Program-made: the position numbers and the translations under genes
Assembly (NCBI GenBank): GCA_013178165.1
Contig: JABLXG010000001.1
Span: forward strand, 17,605 to 81,604
Origin: Anaerolineae bacterium
GTDB taxonomy: Bacteria > Chloroflexota > Anaerolineae > Aggregatilineales > Ch27
Reading direction: 5' to 3'
DNA: 64,000 nt
The notes under the pieces: generated by a model
Database searches by the model: none
Told to the model about the DNA's origin: nothing
Seen by the model: the letters and a program-made list of their open reading frames with translations, nothing else
Shown: piece after piece, positions 1 to 10,288 of the stretch
Numbering within the stretch: the stretch's first letter is position 1
Layout of the letters: each line of letters begins with the position of its first letter

Positions 1-92
1 GCCCGGTGGCTGATGCTCTTATCGCCGGGGATGGTGGTCTGGCCCCGCAATGCACCGGCGGGGCGGATGGTCAGGGTGACAGGGTCGGTCAT
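1..92 (-). CDS. aroA: EPSP synthase, N-terminal fragment running off the window edge (not in ORF track)
   Basis: Manual translation from ATG at 92 gives [30 protein letters not shown], containing the AroA N-terminal motif PGDKSISHR. It overlaps the tyrA stop (ATGA). Confidence 0.93.
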   Translation of the reverse strand, partial: MTDPVTLTIRPAGALRGQTTIPGDKSISHR

Positions 93-1000
93 GGGTGCTT
101 TTCTCTGGTCGGCAGGTGCTGCTCCAAACCGAATTCACTGGCCCAGCGCACGCGCGCATCATGAGCGCTCTGCAGCAGGGCGGCAAGTTCCTGGCTATCG
201 TGGGAAATCAGGGCAACCTCCAGTATGGCCAGCTGGACACGGAACAGCGCCAGCAGGCGGGCGATGGCGGTCGTATTGGTGCTGATGATGTCGCTCATCA
301 TACGGATATCGCTGGCAGCCAGCCGGGAGGTGTCACGGAAGCCACTGGCGGCCAGTTGCCAGATCATCGGATCGGCCTGGGCTTCTCCGTCAACAGTGCG
401 CACCAGCGCCGTGCTCAGCAGGTAGGGCAGATGGCTGATCCCGGCGACCAGATGATCATGGCGGTCAGGGTCCATCTCAACCGGCACTGCCGCCAGCGCA
501 TCGACCAGCTCCAGGGCGCGCAGGCGTGCAGCGGGGGTGACACGCCGCGGCGCGCACAGGACGAATGGGCGCCCCCGGTAGAGCGTTGCGTCGGCTTCCT
601 GGATGCCGCTGCGCTCTTTGCCGCACATTGGATGACCGCCCATCGCCAGGACACTTATCGGCAGGTTGCTCATCGCCTCACAGATGCGGGCTTTGGTGCT
701 GCCCAGATCGATCAACAGCGTGTTGGCTCGCAGGTAGCTGCCAATGCGGTTTTGCAACAGATCCAGGATAACCTGCACCGGGGCAGCCAGAATGACGGTC
801 TGCGCCTCGCTGACGCCTTCCCGTAGATCCGGCGTTGCGGTGTCAATGATGCGGTGTTGAAGGGCGTAGTCCAGCGTTGCCGCATCCGGATCGACGCCCA
901 CCAACCGCTGGACCTTGTCCCTCAGCGCCAGTGCTGCCGACCCGCCCATCAGCCCCAGCCCGACAACAGCCACAGTCTGGTCTTGCAGAGTCATGCTCAT
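89..1000 (-). CDS. tyrA: Prephenate dehydrogenase
   Basis: Rossmann motif [34 protein letters not shown] and [11 protein letters not shown]; aro operon context. Confidence 0.93.
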   Translation of the reverse strand: MSMTLQDQTVAVVGLGLMGGSAALALRDKVQRLVGVDPDAATLDYALQHRIIDTATPDLREGVSEAQTVILAAPVQVILDLLQNRIGSYLRANTLLIDLGSTKARICEAMSNLPISVLAMGGHPMCGKERSGIQEADATLYRGRPFVLCAPRRVTPAARLRALELVDALAAVPVEMDPDRHDHLVAGISHLPYLLSTALVRTVDGEAQADPMIWQLAASGFRDTSRLAASDIRMMSDIISTNTTAIARLLALFRVQLAILEVALISHDSQELAALLQSAHDARVRWASEFGLEQHLPTREKHP

Positions 1001-2016
1001 AGTGTCCGATCTACCGCTTCAGCCACCCGGCGCAATTCCTGCATCATCTTAGCGAAGCGTTCCGGAGTCAGCGACTGCATACCATCGGAGACAGCTTCTT
1101 CCGGCCTGGGATGTACCTCGACAATGATGCCATCCGCACCAGCGGCGATGGCCGCGCGGGCTGCGGGGGCCACGTACTGCCAGTAACCGGTGGCGTGGCT
1201 GGGATCGGCGATCACGGGCAGGTGGGTGCGTTCCTTAAGGACGGGGATGGCGTTGAGATCGAAGGTATTGCGGGTGTAACGCTCAAAGGTACGGATGCCG
1301 CGCTCGCACAACATCAGGCGGGTGTTACCGTGGCTGAGGATGTATTCAGCGGACATCAGCAACTCCTCGATCGTGTTGCTCATGCCGCGCTTGAGCAATA
1401 CCGTATGTTGCGCCTTGCCAACAGCGTGCAATAGCGAGTAGTTCTGCATGTTACGCGCGCCGATCTGGAGGACGTCGGCGTAGTCGCAGACCAGCGGGAC
1501 GCTTTCCGGGTCCATGACTTCCGTCACGACCGGCAGGCCGGTTTCCTCCCGCGCCTCAGCCAGGTACTTCAGCCCCTCTTCGCCCAGACCCTGGAAGGCG
1601 TAGGGCGACGTGCGCGGTTTGAACGCGCCGCCGCGCAGGGCAGTCGCGCCAGCTTCTTTGACGGCGTGGGCGGTTTCCAGAATCTGCGCGCGGCTCTCCA
1701 CTGAACAGGGGCCGGCGATCACCACGATTCGCGTGTCGCCCACCTGGTGATCGTTGAGGGCGACCAGGGTGTTATCCGGATGGAACTCCCGGCTGGCCAG
1801 CTTGTACGGATGGCTGACCGGCATTGTGCGCTCCACGCCATCCATCAGTTCGAATTGTTCGCGGTACTGCCGGACGCTACCATCCCCGACAATGCCGATG
1901 ATGGTACGCTCCTGACCGCTGCTGAGGTGAGCTTCGTAGCCAAGTTTCTTGATCTTGGCGATTACCGCAGAAATCTCTTTGGTTGAGGCGCCAGCCTTCA
2001 TCACAACAATCATCAT
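997..2016 (-). CDS. aroF: DAHP synthase, class I-beta, with N-terminal regulatory domain
   Basis: [50 protein letters not shown] and DGMQSL motifs. Confidence 0.96.
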   Translation of the reverse strand: MMIVVMKAGASTKEISAVIAKIKKLGYEAHLSSGQERTIIGIVGDGSVRQYREQFELMDGVERTMPVSHPYKLASREFHPDNTLVALNDHQVGDTRIVVIAGPCSVESRAQILETAHAVKEAGATALRGGAFKPRTSPYAFQGLGEEGLKYLAEAREETGLPVVTEVMDPESVPLVCDYADVLQIGARNMQNYSLLHAVGKAQHTVLLKRGMSNTIEELLMSAEYILSHGNTRLMLCERGIRTFERYTRNTFDLNAIPVLKERTHLPVIADPSHATGYWQYVAPAARAAIAAGADGIIVEVHPRPEEAVSDGMQSLTPERFAKMMQELRRVAEAVDRTL

Positions 2017-2451
2017 TCATTTCTCCTTGGCCCCGGTAGGGCTATCACTATTGTCAGGCGCGGGCGTAAGGTTCAGAGCGCGGTCTGGTCGCAGGATTTC
2101 TGCACCGCGCAGGTAGATATGCCGGATTTCGTGCTGGGGGAGGTGGGTGTTCCAGTGGATAAGGATGCGGATACAGCGGGGTAGGCTGCCCGGTGGCGCG
2201 ATCTCGACGGCGCTGAGCAGGGCAGTGTCCTGCCAGCCGATCTGGCGCGCCGCCGTGGCCGGGTAGGCGCTGGTCAGGTCCGGTGTGGCGGTGAAGATCG
2301 CGCTGGCGACATCGGCCTCTTCAATGGCATTGGCGGCGATCAGCGCCCTGAGTAATTCCCGTGTGACGCGGTGGATGTCCTCCGGGGTATCGGCGTCGGC
2401 CACGGTAGCGCCGCGAACGCCCCGGCATACTCTGGGGGGAAGATCGACCAT
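2017..2451 (-). CDS. aroH: Chorismate mutase, AroH class
   Basis: RGVRGATV, SAIFTATPDL..AYPA, LPRCIRILIH and HIYLRGAEILRPD. Its stop abuts the aroF start. Confidence 0.93.
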   Translation of the reverse strand: MVDLPPRVCRGVRGATVADADTPEDIHRVTRELLRALIAANAIEEADVASAIFTATPDLTSAYPATAARQIGWQDTALLSAVEIAPPGSLPRCIRILIHWNTHLPQHEIRHIYLRGAEILRPDRALNLTPAPDNSDSPTGAKEK

Positions 2452-2480
2452 GATGCCTCTCCTTCCAGCAGCTCCCTGAT

Positions 2481-2514
2481 AACAAAAAAGCGCAGGGGCG
2501 TTAGCCCTGCGCTT
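2481..2514 (-). terminator. Intrinsic terminator of the aro attenuator
   Basis: mRNA sense AAGCGCAGGGC-TAAC-GCCCCTGCGCTT followed by a T run (TTTTGTT), about 30 nt upstream of the aroH start. Confidence 0.88.
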
Positions 2515-2545
2515 CCCTCAACCCGATGTGATGCGTCGTCAGCCG

Positions 2546-2653
2546 CTAACGCCTGCGTCCGTTATGTCGCTTCGCGTAAAAGTAGAAGCCAAAATAGCCG
2601 CCGGAGCGGTAGGAGAAGTGGTTTTCAACGGCGAAGCGAACGGACTCAGGCAC
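2546..2653 (-). CDS. Phe/Tyr-rich attenuation leader peptide, 35 aa (below the ORF-track cutoff)
   Basis: AGGAG followed by a GTG start; translates to MPESVRFAVENHFSYRSGGYFGFYFYAKRHNGRRR* with 5 Phe and 4 Tyr. The stop lies within the antiterminator strand. Confidence 0.85.
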   Translation of the reverse strand: MPESVRFAVENHFSYRSGGYFGFYFYAKRHNGRRR

Positions 2654-2686
2654 GCTGACAACTCCTGTGCAACCTGATTTGGCTAG

Positions 2687-2715
2687 AGCATAGCCGGATT
2701 ACCCGGTGCTGTCAA
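2687..2715 (-). promoter_or_regulatory. Sigma70-type promoter of the aro leader and operon
   Basis: TTGACA (2715-2710), a 17 nt spacer and TATGCT (2692-2687), directly upstream of the leader RBS. Confidence 0.8.
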
Positions 2716-2758
2716 CAAATTCGCGGGCAGCTTTGTGCAGGTTAACCCGGAGTCTGCA

Positions 2759-3745
2759 CTACCAGCGGTGATGGACGTGCTGGCGGATATAGCGATTGTA
2801 GACCTCGGCGACTTTCTCCATGTAGGGTTTCGACAGGGGAGCCAGGTCTGCCGCAGCAATGTTCTGGCGGGCCTGGTCGGGCCGCTTGATGCCAGGGATA
2901 GCGCAGGTCACCGCATCGAACATCGTGATCCAGCGCAGCGCAGCCTGAATCATGGTATAACCCGGCGGCAGAGCGGCTTTCAACTCCTCAACCGCCTGCA
3001 GGCCGACTTCGTAGGGCACGCCGGAGAAGGTCTCGCCTACATCAAAGGCTTCTCCATAGCGGTTGTAGTGGCGATGATCATCCGCGCTGAACTGCGTTTG
3101 AGGCGTCATCTTGCCGGTCAGCAGGCCGCTGGCCAGCGGGACGCGAGCCAGGATGCCCACCTGTTTCTGCCTGGCCACGGGGAAGAACTCCTCAGCTGGT
3201 TTGAGGCGGAACATATTGAAGATAATCTGGACACTCTGGATGTTCGGGTAGCGTTCGATGGCGGTGAGCGCCTCGCTCACCTTTTCCACACTGATGCCGT
3301 AGTAGCGGATCTTGCCCTCCTGCACCAGACGTTCCAGGGCCTCAAAGGTGGAATCCTGGGTGTACACCGGCGTTGGCGGACAATGGAGTTGAACCAGATC
3401 GAGCGTTTCGGTGTCAAGATTCTTGAGGCTGCGCTCCACAAACGCCGACAGATTGGCGTAATTGTAGCCTTCCGGGATATGGGGGTTGAGACGGCGGCCG
3501 GCTTTGGTAGCGACAAAGACGCGCTCCCGACGGCCCTTCAGCACCTGGGCGATCAGGCGCTCGCTGCGTCCATCACCATAGACATCAGCGGTGTCGATGA
3601 AGTTGACTCCCAGGTCAATCGCGGTGTTCAGCGCACCCAGGGCATCCTCTTCACTGACGCGGCCCCAGTCGGCGCCAATCGCCCAGGCGCCGAAACTGAT
3701 GACCGATACACGCATGTCGGTGCGACCTAACTGCCGGTATTCCAT
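2759..3745 (-). CDS. Aldo/keto reductase
   Basis: MEYRQLGRTDMRVSVISFGAW, GVNFIDTADVYGDGRSE and DLVQLH. Start moved to ATG 3745, which has a GGAGGAG RBS. Confidence 0.92.
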   Translation of the reverse strand: MEYRQLGRTDMRVSVISFGAWAIGADWGRVSEEDALGALNTAIDLGVNFIDTADVYGDGRSERLIAQVLKGRRERVFVATKAGRRLNPHIPEGYNYANLSAFVERSLKNLDTETLDLVQLHCPPTPVYTQDSTFEALERLVQEGKIRYYGISVEKVSEALTAIERYPNIQSVQIIFNMFRLKPAEEFFPVARQKQVGILARVPLASGLLTGKMTPQTQFSADDHRHYNRYGEAFDVGETFSGVPYEVGLQAVEELKAALPPGYTMIQAALRWITMFDAVTCAIPGIKRPDQARQNIAAADLAPLSKPYMEKVAEVYNRYIRQHVHHRW

Positions 3746-3853
3746 GAATTGCTCCTCCCTAAATGTGGTTGGCACCGCGATCAGGTGCGAGCGCAATGGC
3801 CTACAGGCCAACGACAAACGCGGCTGTTGAACGGCTACCCTCCGCGGTGTACT

Positions 3854-4579
3854 TCATGAGCGACGACGTGGTGCGCGCTGGAAAGCAAGCGGCAACAGTG
3901 CCAGAATCAGCACAACAACCACCCACGGCCAAGCCCCACTGATCGTCGCCAGGATGGCCGGGGGGATGATGTCGTAAGTGATCAGCAATCCGATCAGGCC
4001 GGCGAGCAACAAGATAATGCCGGGCGTCGCCAGGCGGGATTCGCGTTGCCGATCCCCAACGTAGGTGAGCAAGATAGCCAGGCCGAGGACGGCAACATAC
4101 AGCGGCCACAGGCGGCTATCCAGCGCGCCCTGAGCGTAGGCTATGGCGGTTGTCCCTACCCAGAACAGTAACATCAGCGCCAGAAACAGTGCTCCACGCG
4201 CTTGGCGGCCGGTATGGTGCCAGTATGCCAGCAGGCTGAGCGCCCAGCCAGTGATTGCAATCACCGCGATCACGTTAGGTACGAGGATGTAACCCCCGGT
4301 GAGAACCGGCCATACCAGAATCACCCCAAGCGCGATGAGCAGAATCCCGGCCAGGGTGGTGTGCAACCCGCGTGGCGGGCGCTCCGCTGGCCTGTGAGCT
4401 GGCCGGCGCACCAGTTCAGGAATTTCGCGCCCGGCAAGCTGGCTCTCGTCGGCTGTCGTCGTCACCAGTTCGGATGTTGAGCTATCGACTGGTGGCTGGT
4501 CTGCTGGTGATTCCGGCAGGGACGGGATTACCGCAGCGTCCTCCGGGGGGATGGCCTCGTGATCATGCAGGTCGGACAT
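3854..4579 (-). CDS. Membrane protein with LiaF/DUF5668-like transmembrane repeats
   Basis: Disordered acidic N-terminus, then about six hydrophobic helices with two G..L...G...WP-type repeats. Confidence 0.6.
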   Translation of the reverse strand: MSDLHDHEAIPPEDAAVIPSLPESPADQPPVDSSTSELVTTTADESQLAGREIPELVRRPAHRPAERPPRGLHTTLAGILLIALGVILVWPVLTGGYILVPNVIAVIAITGWALSLLAYWHHTGRQARGALFLALMLLFWVGTTAIAYAQGALDSRLWPLYVAVLGLAILLTYVGDRQRESRLATPGIILLLAGLIGLLITYDIIPPAILATISGAWPWVVVVLILALLPLAFQRAPRRRS

Positions 4580-4742
4580 GCTCTGCTCTCTCCCGCTACA
4601 GGAGCGTTGCCGCCTATTCTAGCAGACCTTGCGGCTCTGCGCCCAGCAGCTTGGTCGATGCGCGGAGATATACCACATCCGGGGAGGTTTGAGTACACTC
4701 ATGCCGTGCACGGCCACAGTGTTCCCGGAGGCGAGCCAGCTT

Positions 4743-5588
4743 ATGCGGGGCGACTATACCGATCTCATTATCTCCACTGCTCTGCGCGAGTCGATGACGA
4801 CCATCGCGGGGGCCATTTGCACTGTCTGGGAGACAGAATTCGATACCCCGGCTGTCTATGCAGAGCATTGCCGGGTGAATGCCGCTGACCTTGCCCATTC
4901 GCTGATGGCCTACCTGCCTGATGGGCAGTTTGTCGGAATCGGGGTACTGTGCCGCCGGGGGAAGCGGGGCTTTGTGCTCGATTTTGGCGTGGCGCCGCGT
5001 TTTCGTCGCCAGGGATACGGGCACAGGCTGTTTGCCGCGCTGGTTGAACAGGCGTATCTGGCGGGATTGCAGGAGGTGTCGCTGCTGGTGAACGTCACCA
5101 ACGAAGCGGCGATGCGGATTTACCGGCAGGCCGGCTTCCAGCATGTGCGCGAGGTGGCGACACTACGCGGGCATGTGGAGACTGGCGGAACCGACGAGGC
5201 GCAGGAACGGCTGGGCGATATTGAGGCGGCAGTGGTGAACTGGTTTGGCGGCGGTAAGTCTACGCGACCGACCTGGGAGCGCGATCTACCTTCCTTGCTG
5301 GTGATGGCGGATGCCCGCGCTTTTGAGAATCGGCAAGGGTTGCTGCTGGCCCGCCGTTCGGTTTACTTCCGGCAAACTGAGATCGTGCATCTCGGCTTGC
5401 GGCCGGATGCTGAGCCTGAGGATGTGCATGCACTGTTAAAGGCGGCCTGCGCTGCGTTCGACCCTCATCTGCCCCTGGCGCTGTTGGAAGAGCCGCTGCA
5501 CAGCCGGACCTACGAGCGGTTGAGCGCGCTGGGTTTCCGGCCGGTAGAGCAAGCCTACGAAATGCGCCTGGATTTGACAAACCTGTAA
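4743..5588 (+). CDS. GNAT-family N-acetyltransferase, probably tandem GNAT
   Basis: FGVAPRFRRQGYG acetyl-CoA motif and N..AMRIYRQAGF. Start placed at ATG 4743 after GGAGG. Confidence 0.85.
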   Translation: MRGDYTDLIISTALRESMTTIAGAICTVWETEFDTPAVYAEHCRVNAADLAHSLMAYLPDGQFVGIGVLCRRGKRGFVLDFGVAPRFRRQGYGHRLFAALVEQAYLAGLQEVSLLVNVTNEAAMRIYRQAGFQHVREVATLRGHVETGGTDEAQERLGDIEAAVVNWFGGGKSTRPTWERDLPSLLVMADARAFENRQGLLLARRSVYFRQTEIVHLGLRPDAEPEDVHALLKAACAAFDPHLPLALLEEPLHSRTYERLSALGFRPVEQAYEMRLDLTNL

Positions 5589-5602
5589 GACCGGGAGGGC
5601 TG

Positions 5603-6337
5603 TTATTCAGGCGGCCAGACACGCTGCGGGGTCATGTTCACGTAGTCCGCGGCCACCAGGTGATAACGGGTGCCCTCCCGTTCGCCGATGACGGCTGTTG
5701 CCCATTCGCCGGGGAGATGCAGGTGACCGTAAACACAGGCATCAGGCTGAAAGTGGCGGATCACCTCTGTAAAGCCGCTAGCCTGACCGCTGGAAGTATA
5801 TGGCGGGTAGTGCAACATCAGGATAATCGGCTCGCCATTCGTTCGTAGCTCCTGCGCCGTCTGCAATGCCTGACGCAGCCAGTGCAGCTCCCGGCGATAG
5901 CTTTTGAGCTTGTGTGGCTGATAGTAGGGATCATTGGGCGCGATGTGGCCCATCGTGCCGCAAACGATCACGCCGTCCAGAAGCACACAGGAACCCTGGA
6001 CGGCCAGCATATCCGCTGGCAAGACTTGGCGGCGAACCTGTTCCAGCTTCTTCCACCAGAAGTCATGATTACCGCGCACAAGGACTTTACGTCCTGGCAG
6101 GGAAGCAAGCCACTGGACATCCGGGAGCACCTGTAGCGGCGAATGCGCCCAGCTCAGGTCGCCGGGGATCAGTACCACATCGCCCGGAGCGACGCATTCC
6201 TTCCAGGCGGTGCGGAGTCGCGCCACGTGATCCTTCCAGACAGGCCCATAGCGAGTCTGGTCACGCGGCCTGGCCAGACTTAGATGCAGGTCAGAGATGG
6301 CCCAGATGCAGGTTGGGGCGGGAACTTGGACAGCGAT
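5603..6337 (-). CDS. Calcineurin-like metallophosphoesterase with uncertain, apparently non-canonical start
   Basis: PGDLSW, RGNHD, LHYPP and YGHLH motifs. The first motif (IWAISDLHLS) is in frame upstream of the first GTG (6226). Start placed at ATC 6337, 8 nt after GGAG. Confidence 0.75.
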   Translation of the reverse strand: MAVQVPAPTCIWAISDLHLSLARPRDQTRYGPVWKDHVARLRTAWKECVAPGDVVLIPGDLSWAHSPLQVLPDVQWLASLPGRKVLVRGNHDFWWKKLEQVRRQVLPADMLAVQGSCVLLDGVIVCGTMGHIAPNDPYYQPHKLKSYRRELHWLRQALQTAQELRTNGEPIILMLHYPPYTSSGQASGFTEVIRHFQPDACVYGHLHLPGEWATAVIGEREGTRYHLVAADYVNMTPQRVWPPE

Positions 6338-6355
6338 GGGACGTTCTCCAGGTCG

Positions 6356-6685
6356 TCAGATACTGCTGAAGATGTTCTGCAGGAATAGAGCCGCATCCAG
6401 GACATGTCTTTCAAAATCATCCAGGCTGCTGTACTGGCGTCCTACCAGGGCGAGGCTGTGTTTCTGGATGGCGTCAATGATCCGGGAGAGGTCGTATTCC
6501 GCCCAGATATCCAGCACACCATTGGTGTAATGAGCCAGACTGGCAACGGCCTGCCACAGCCGTTGCCAGTGCAGTTCATCAAAGATGCGTCTGGACTCCA
6601 GGCTGTCCAGGAATCCCCCTCGCCCTTCAGCCTCAAAGAAGAGGATATCGGCGGCTTCCTGTTGCTCCAGATCCACCGAGTTCAT
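6356..6685 (-). CDS. Hypothetical protein, 109 aa
   Basis: Fills the gap after tkt on the same strand, with a protein-like acidic helical composition. Confidence 0.65.
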   Translation of the reverse strand: MNSVDLEQQEAADILFFEAEGRGGFLDSLESRRIFDELHWQRLWQAVASLAHYTNGVLDIWAEYDLSRIIDAIQKHSLALVGRQYSSLDDFERHVLDAALFLQNIFSSI

Positions 6686-6700
6686 CAGGTCACCATGGCG

Positions 6701-8707
6701 TTAGCGCTGCAGCAGCCGTTTGGCGGCCTCCACCACAGCCTCAGTGGTCAGGCCGAAGTGCTGATAGATCACCTTCATGGGCGCCGAGGCCCCAAAACGC
6801 TCCACGCTGATAATGACACCTTCGTCGCCAACCCAGCGGTGCCAGCCCATCCCCACGCCTGCTTCGATGCTCACCCGTTTGCGGACATCCGGCGGCAGCA
6901 CGGACTGGCGGTATTCCAGCGGCTGGCGGGCGAACAACTCCTGGCTGGGCATGCTGACCACGCGCACTGCAATCCCCTCCGCGGCCAGCTGTTGGCCCGC
7001 GGCTAGCGCAAACTGCACTTCGCTGCCCGTGCCGATCAGGATGACCTCGGGTCTGGGCGCGCTGTCGAACAGAATATAGGCGCCTTTGCGCACATCACCA
7101 ACCGTCGCTGGATCGAGTACCGGCAGGTCCTGGCGGGTCAGCACCAGGGCAACCGGGCCGCGGCTTTCCATGATGGCGCGGTAGGCGCCAACGGTCTCAT
7201 TGGCGTCTGCCGGGCGGATCACGGTCAGGTTCGGGATGGCCCGCAGTGCAGCCAGATGCTCGACTGGCTGGTGCGTGGGGCCATCTTCGCCGACGCCCAC
7301 GCTGTCGTGGGTGAAAATGTACAGTGTCGGCAGGTCCATCAGCGCGCCCAGACGCACGGCAGGGCGCATATAATCGCTGAAAACCATGAAGGTGGCTGAA
7401 TAAGGTCGGCAGATACCGCCGTGCAGCGCCATACCGTTGACCATCGCGCCCATGGCATGCTCACGGACGCCAAAGCGCACGTTGCGGGCGCTGTAGTCGT
7501 GCCGGCTGAAGTTGCCGGTGCCGCTGATCAGGGTATTGGTGCTGGGCGCCAGGTCGGCATCGCCGCCAATCATGGTCTTCACGCGGCGAGCGATAGCGTT
7601 CAGGACTTTGCCGCCAGCCTTGCGGGTAGCCATGGCCCCGCTTTCCGGGGAGAAGGTGGGCAGGTCGGCGTCCCAGTCTGCCGGTAGCTCGCCGGCCCAG
7701 GCCCGCGCCAGTTCCGCGTAGAGGTCCGGATAGGCGTCTTCGTAGGCTGCCAGCAGTTCGCTCCAAGCCTGCTGACTTTCACGGCCACGATCCTTGGCCT
7801 TACGCATATGGTCGAGGACTTCGGGCGGCACGTAGAAGGTCGGCTCGGCTGGCCAGCCCAGGTTCTCCTTGGTCAGCCGCACCTCGTCTGCCCCCAGGGG
7901 GGAACCATGGGCCTCATGGGAATTGGCCTTGTTGGGGCTGCCATAGCCGATGGTCGTGCGAACATCGATCAGGATTGGCCGATCGGTCACCTGATGGGCT
8001 GCGCGCAGGGCACCCGCCAGCGCATCAACATCATTGCCGTCGTCAACCTGAAGCACATGCCAGCCGTAAGCCCTGAAGCGCGCCGGAATGTCTTCGCTGA
8101 AGGTATCGCTGGTAGGGCCGGCCAGGGTGATATGGTTGTCGTCGTACAGGCAGATGAGCTTGTGGAGGCCAAGATGCCCGGCCAGCGAAGCCGCCTCATG
8201 GCTGATGCCTTCCATGAGGTCGCCATCCGAGGCCAGGACATAGGTGTAGTGATCAATGATGGGATAACCGGGGCGGTTGAAGACGGCGGCAAGATGCGCC
8301 TCCGCTACGGCCATACCCACCGCTGTGGCAAAGCCCTGACCGAGCGGGCCGGTTGTTGTCTCCACGCCAGGCGTTTCACCATATTCTGGATGGCCAGGGG
8401 TGGCGCTGCCCCATTGGCGGAACTGTTTGAGGTCTTCCAGGGAAACGCCGTAGCCAGTCAGATAAAGCAGGCTATAAAGCAACATGCTGCCATGGCCGGC
8501 AGACAGGACAAACCGGTCACGATCAGGCCATTCCGGGTTGGTGGGGTTGTGCTTCAGAAATTGAGTCCACAGCACATAGGCCATTGGCGCCGCACCCATG
8601 GGCAGGCCGGGATGCCCGCTGTTGGCCTTCTGGATAGCGTCAACCGCGAGCATCCGAATGGTATTGATGCTGAGGCTGGCGATATCCGTCTGGGTCATGA
8701 TTGACAC
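6701..8707 (-). CDS. tkt: Transketolase
   Basis: [56 protein letters not shown]; AAGGAG RBS. Confidence 0.98.
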   Translation of the reverse strand: MSIMTQTDIASLSINTIRMLAVDAIQKANSGHPGLPMGAAPMAYVLWTQFLKHNPTNPEWPDRDRFVLSAGHGSMLLYSLLYLTGYGVSLEDLKQFRQWGSATPGHPEYGETPGVETTTGPLGQGFATAVGMAVAEAHLAAVFNRPGYPIIDHYTYVLASDGDLMEGISHEAASLAGHLGLHKLICLYDDNHITLAGPTSDTFSEDIPARFRAYGWHVLQVDDGNDVDALAGALRAAHQVTDRPILIDVRTTIGYGSPNKANSHEAHGSPLGADEVRLTKENLGWPAEPTFYVPPEVLDHMRKAKDRGRESQQAWSELLAAYEDAYPDLYAELARAWAGELPADWDADLPTFSPESGAMATRKAGGKVLNAIARRVKTMIGGDADLAPSTNTLISGTGNFSRHDYSARNVRFGVREHAMGAMVNGMALHGGICRPYSATFMVFSDYMRPAVRLGALMDLPTLYIFTHDSVGVGEDGPTHQPVEHLAALRAIPNLTVIRPADANETVGAYRAIMESRGPVALVLTRQDLPVLDPATVGDVRKGAYILFDSAPRPEVILIGTGSEVQFALAAGQQLAAEGIAVRVVSMPSQELFARQPLEYRQSVLPPDVRKRVSIEAGVGMGWHRWVGDEGVIISVERFGASAPMKVIYQHFGLTTEAVVEAAKRLLQR

Positions 8708-8918
8708 GGAAGTTCACTCCTTTGGCGACACGCGAGCCGCACGTAAGTGTCCCCTATTATAGCGGATGGGCGATGGGTAACCATGCCGAATCGAGGAGAT
8801 AGGGCGATCTACGAGAGGAATCTACCGCCATGTTACCTTGCCGACTTGTTCTCCGCTGCACCCTGGGCCATAGATTTCTGGCTTGCTGGCAGTTCCGGCT
8901 GGCCCGGCAAGTCATGCC

Positions 8919-9419
8919 TCAGGGCGTGGCCTCCTGTTGAAGCTGACGGCGCCAGGCACGGATGCTCTCGGCGTGTTCCTGCTCGTGCCAGGTGGCTGTC
9001 TCCTGGATCAGGTAAGCCAGCGGCTCGCCTTCCATCCATTCGAAGCGCAACGGGTCTTCCAGTAACTGTTCATCAAGCCCTTCAATAGCCAGGAGCAGAT
9101 GCTTGTGCACGCCGTGAAAATCTGGCAGCAGGATGTCCAGCGGACGGTTGGCGTGCTGGTGGTATTGCTCCATGTTCCACTCATCGATGTCCTCGATCAG
9201 GACAATGGGCGGCGCATTGCGGTAAGCGGGGGAGAGCTTGCGATTCAGAGCGGTAACCAGTTCGGCTTCCCAGGCGATCAGGTGGGCGATGATATCCTTG
9301 ACCGACCAGATACCTTCCACCCCGGGTCGCAGCATCTCGTCCTCTGATAGCCCTTCAATGGCAGCGAGGAATTCGGCCCGCGCTGCGCGGAGATCGTCAA
9401 GTAGTGCTTTCTTACTCAC
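8919..9419 (-). CDS. DinB-superfamily (ClbS/DfsB-like) four-helix-bundle protein
   Basis: WSVKDIIAHLIAWE and a C-terminal WHEQEH His triad. Confidence 0.75.
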   Translation of the reverse strand: MSKKALLDDLRAARAEFLAAIEGLSEDEMLRPGVEGIWSVKDIIAHLIAWEAELVTALNRKLSPAYRNAPPIVLIEDIDEWNMEQYHQHANRPLDILLPDFHGVHKHLLLAIEGLDEQLLEDPLRFEWMEGEPLAYLIQETATWHEQEHAESIRAWRRQLQQEATP

Positions 9420-9439
9420 CGTATCCTGCTTTCAGGTGC

Positions 9440-10039
9440 TCAGGCGAAAATCCTGGTGATCCATTCGATGGAAAGCGCCCCGGCCCAGGCCAGGACAATC
9501 GACTGGATGGTCTTACCCAGGATGGCAGCCAGCAAGAACTGCCACCAGGGCATATGGGAGGCCCCGGCCAGCAGACCGGCCATATCAAAGACAGGATTGG
9601 GGATGATGGCCAGCACGAAAATCACCAGCGGCCCAAAACGATCCATCCAATGGTCAAAACGCTGGTAGACTCTGGTGTGCTCCAGGGGGGTCACACCGCC
9701 ATAGCCGGCCAGGTAACCTGTCAGCTCACCAAGTGCAGCGCCCGGTCCGGCGGCCAGCCCCAGCAGCCAGGGGTTGAGTGTGCTGCTCATGGCAATGACA
9801 TACACGAGTCCCGGTACGGGCAGGATCACCGTCGCATTGCCGGCCAGCATGATCAAAAACGCGCCCAGATAGCCCAGCGCACGCAATTCCTCGATATGGT
9901 TGGCCAGCAGCGCAATCACAACCGTGATCGCCAGCGCGAGCACGACCGCTCCTACGCGCTTCCAGGGAATTGTGCCGATCGACCTGCTGATCGGCAGTCT
10001 CTGCGCAGGTTCGGGAACGCGGGAGTCTTCCAGCGACAT
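9440..10039 (-). CDS. DedA/VTT-domain membrane protein
   Basis: GAALGELTGYLAG and IFVLAIIPNPVFDMAGLLAG motifs; several TM helices. Confidence 0.85.
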   Translation of the reverse strand: MSLEDSRVPEPAQRLPISRSIGTIPWKRVGAVVLALAITVVIALLANHIEELRALGYLGAFLIMLAGNATVILPVPGLVYVIAMSSTLNPWLLGLAAGPGAALGELTGYLAGYGGVTPLEHTRVYQRFDHWMDRFGPLVIFVLAIIPNPVFDMAGLLAGASHMPWWQFLLAAILGKTIQSIVLAWAGALSIEWITRIFA

Positions 10040-10288
10040 GGTGAAATCCTCAGGATAGGAATCGTCTCTGCCTGTAATAACCCTTCCGCCTGACCGGCGT
10101 GTTGGCCAGCCGCCCGAATATTACGTCTCGTCTGGCTTGCCGTCAACGTACCGGGTGGGCGTCGCCTGTAGTCTGCCTGCAAGAGGTTGATCCCACCGGG
10201 TGACAGTGGATTAGAACACTTGTGTGAGCGGCGATTCTCTATTATTCTTGCGGTAGACAGCGGCATAGGTGTCGGAGGAGAAGGTCTC

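Noticed and set aside
2460-2690. T-box riboswitch in the aro leader
   Set aside because: No T-box consensus or Stem I is visible, and the leader peptide plus antiterminator explain the region.
6335-6358. Selenocysteine recoding of the in-frame TGA
   Set aside because: No convincing SECIS hairpin follows, and the position is a linker rather than a redox motif.
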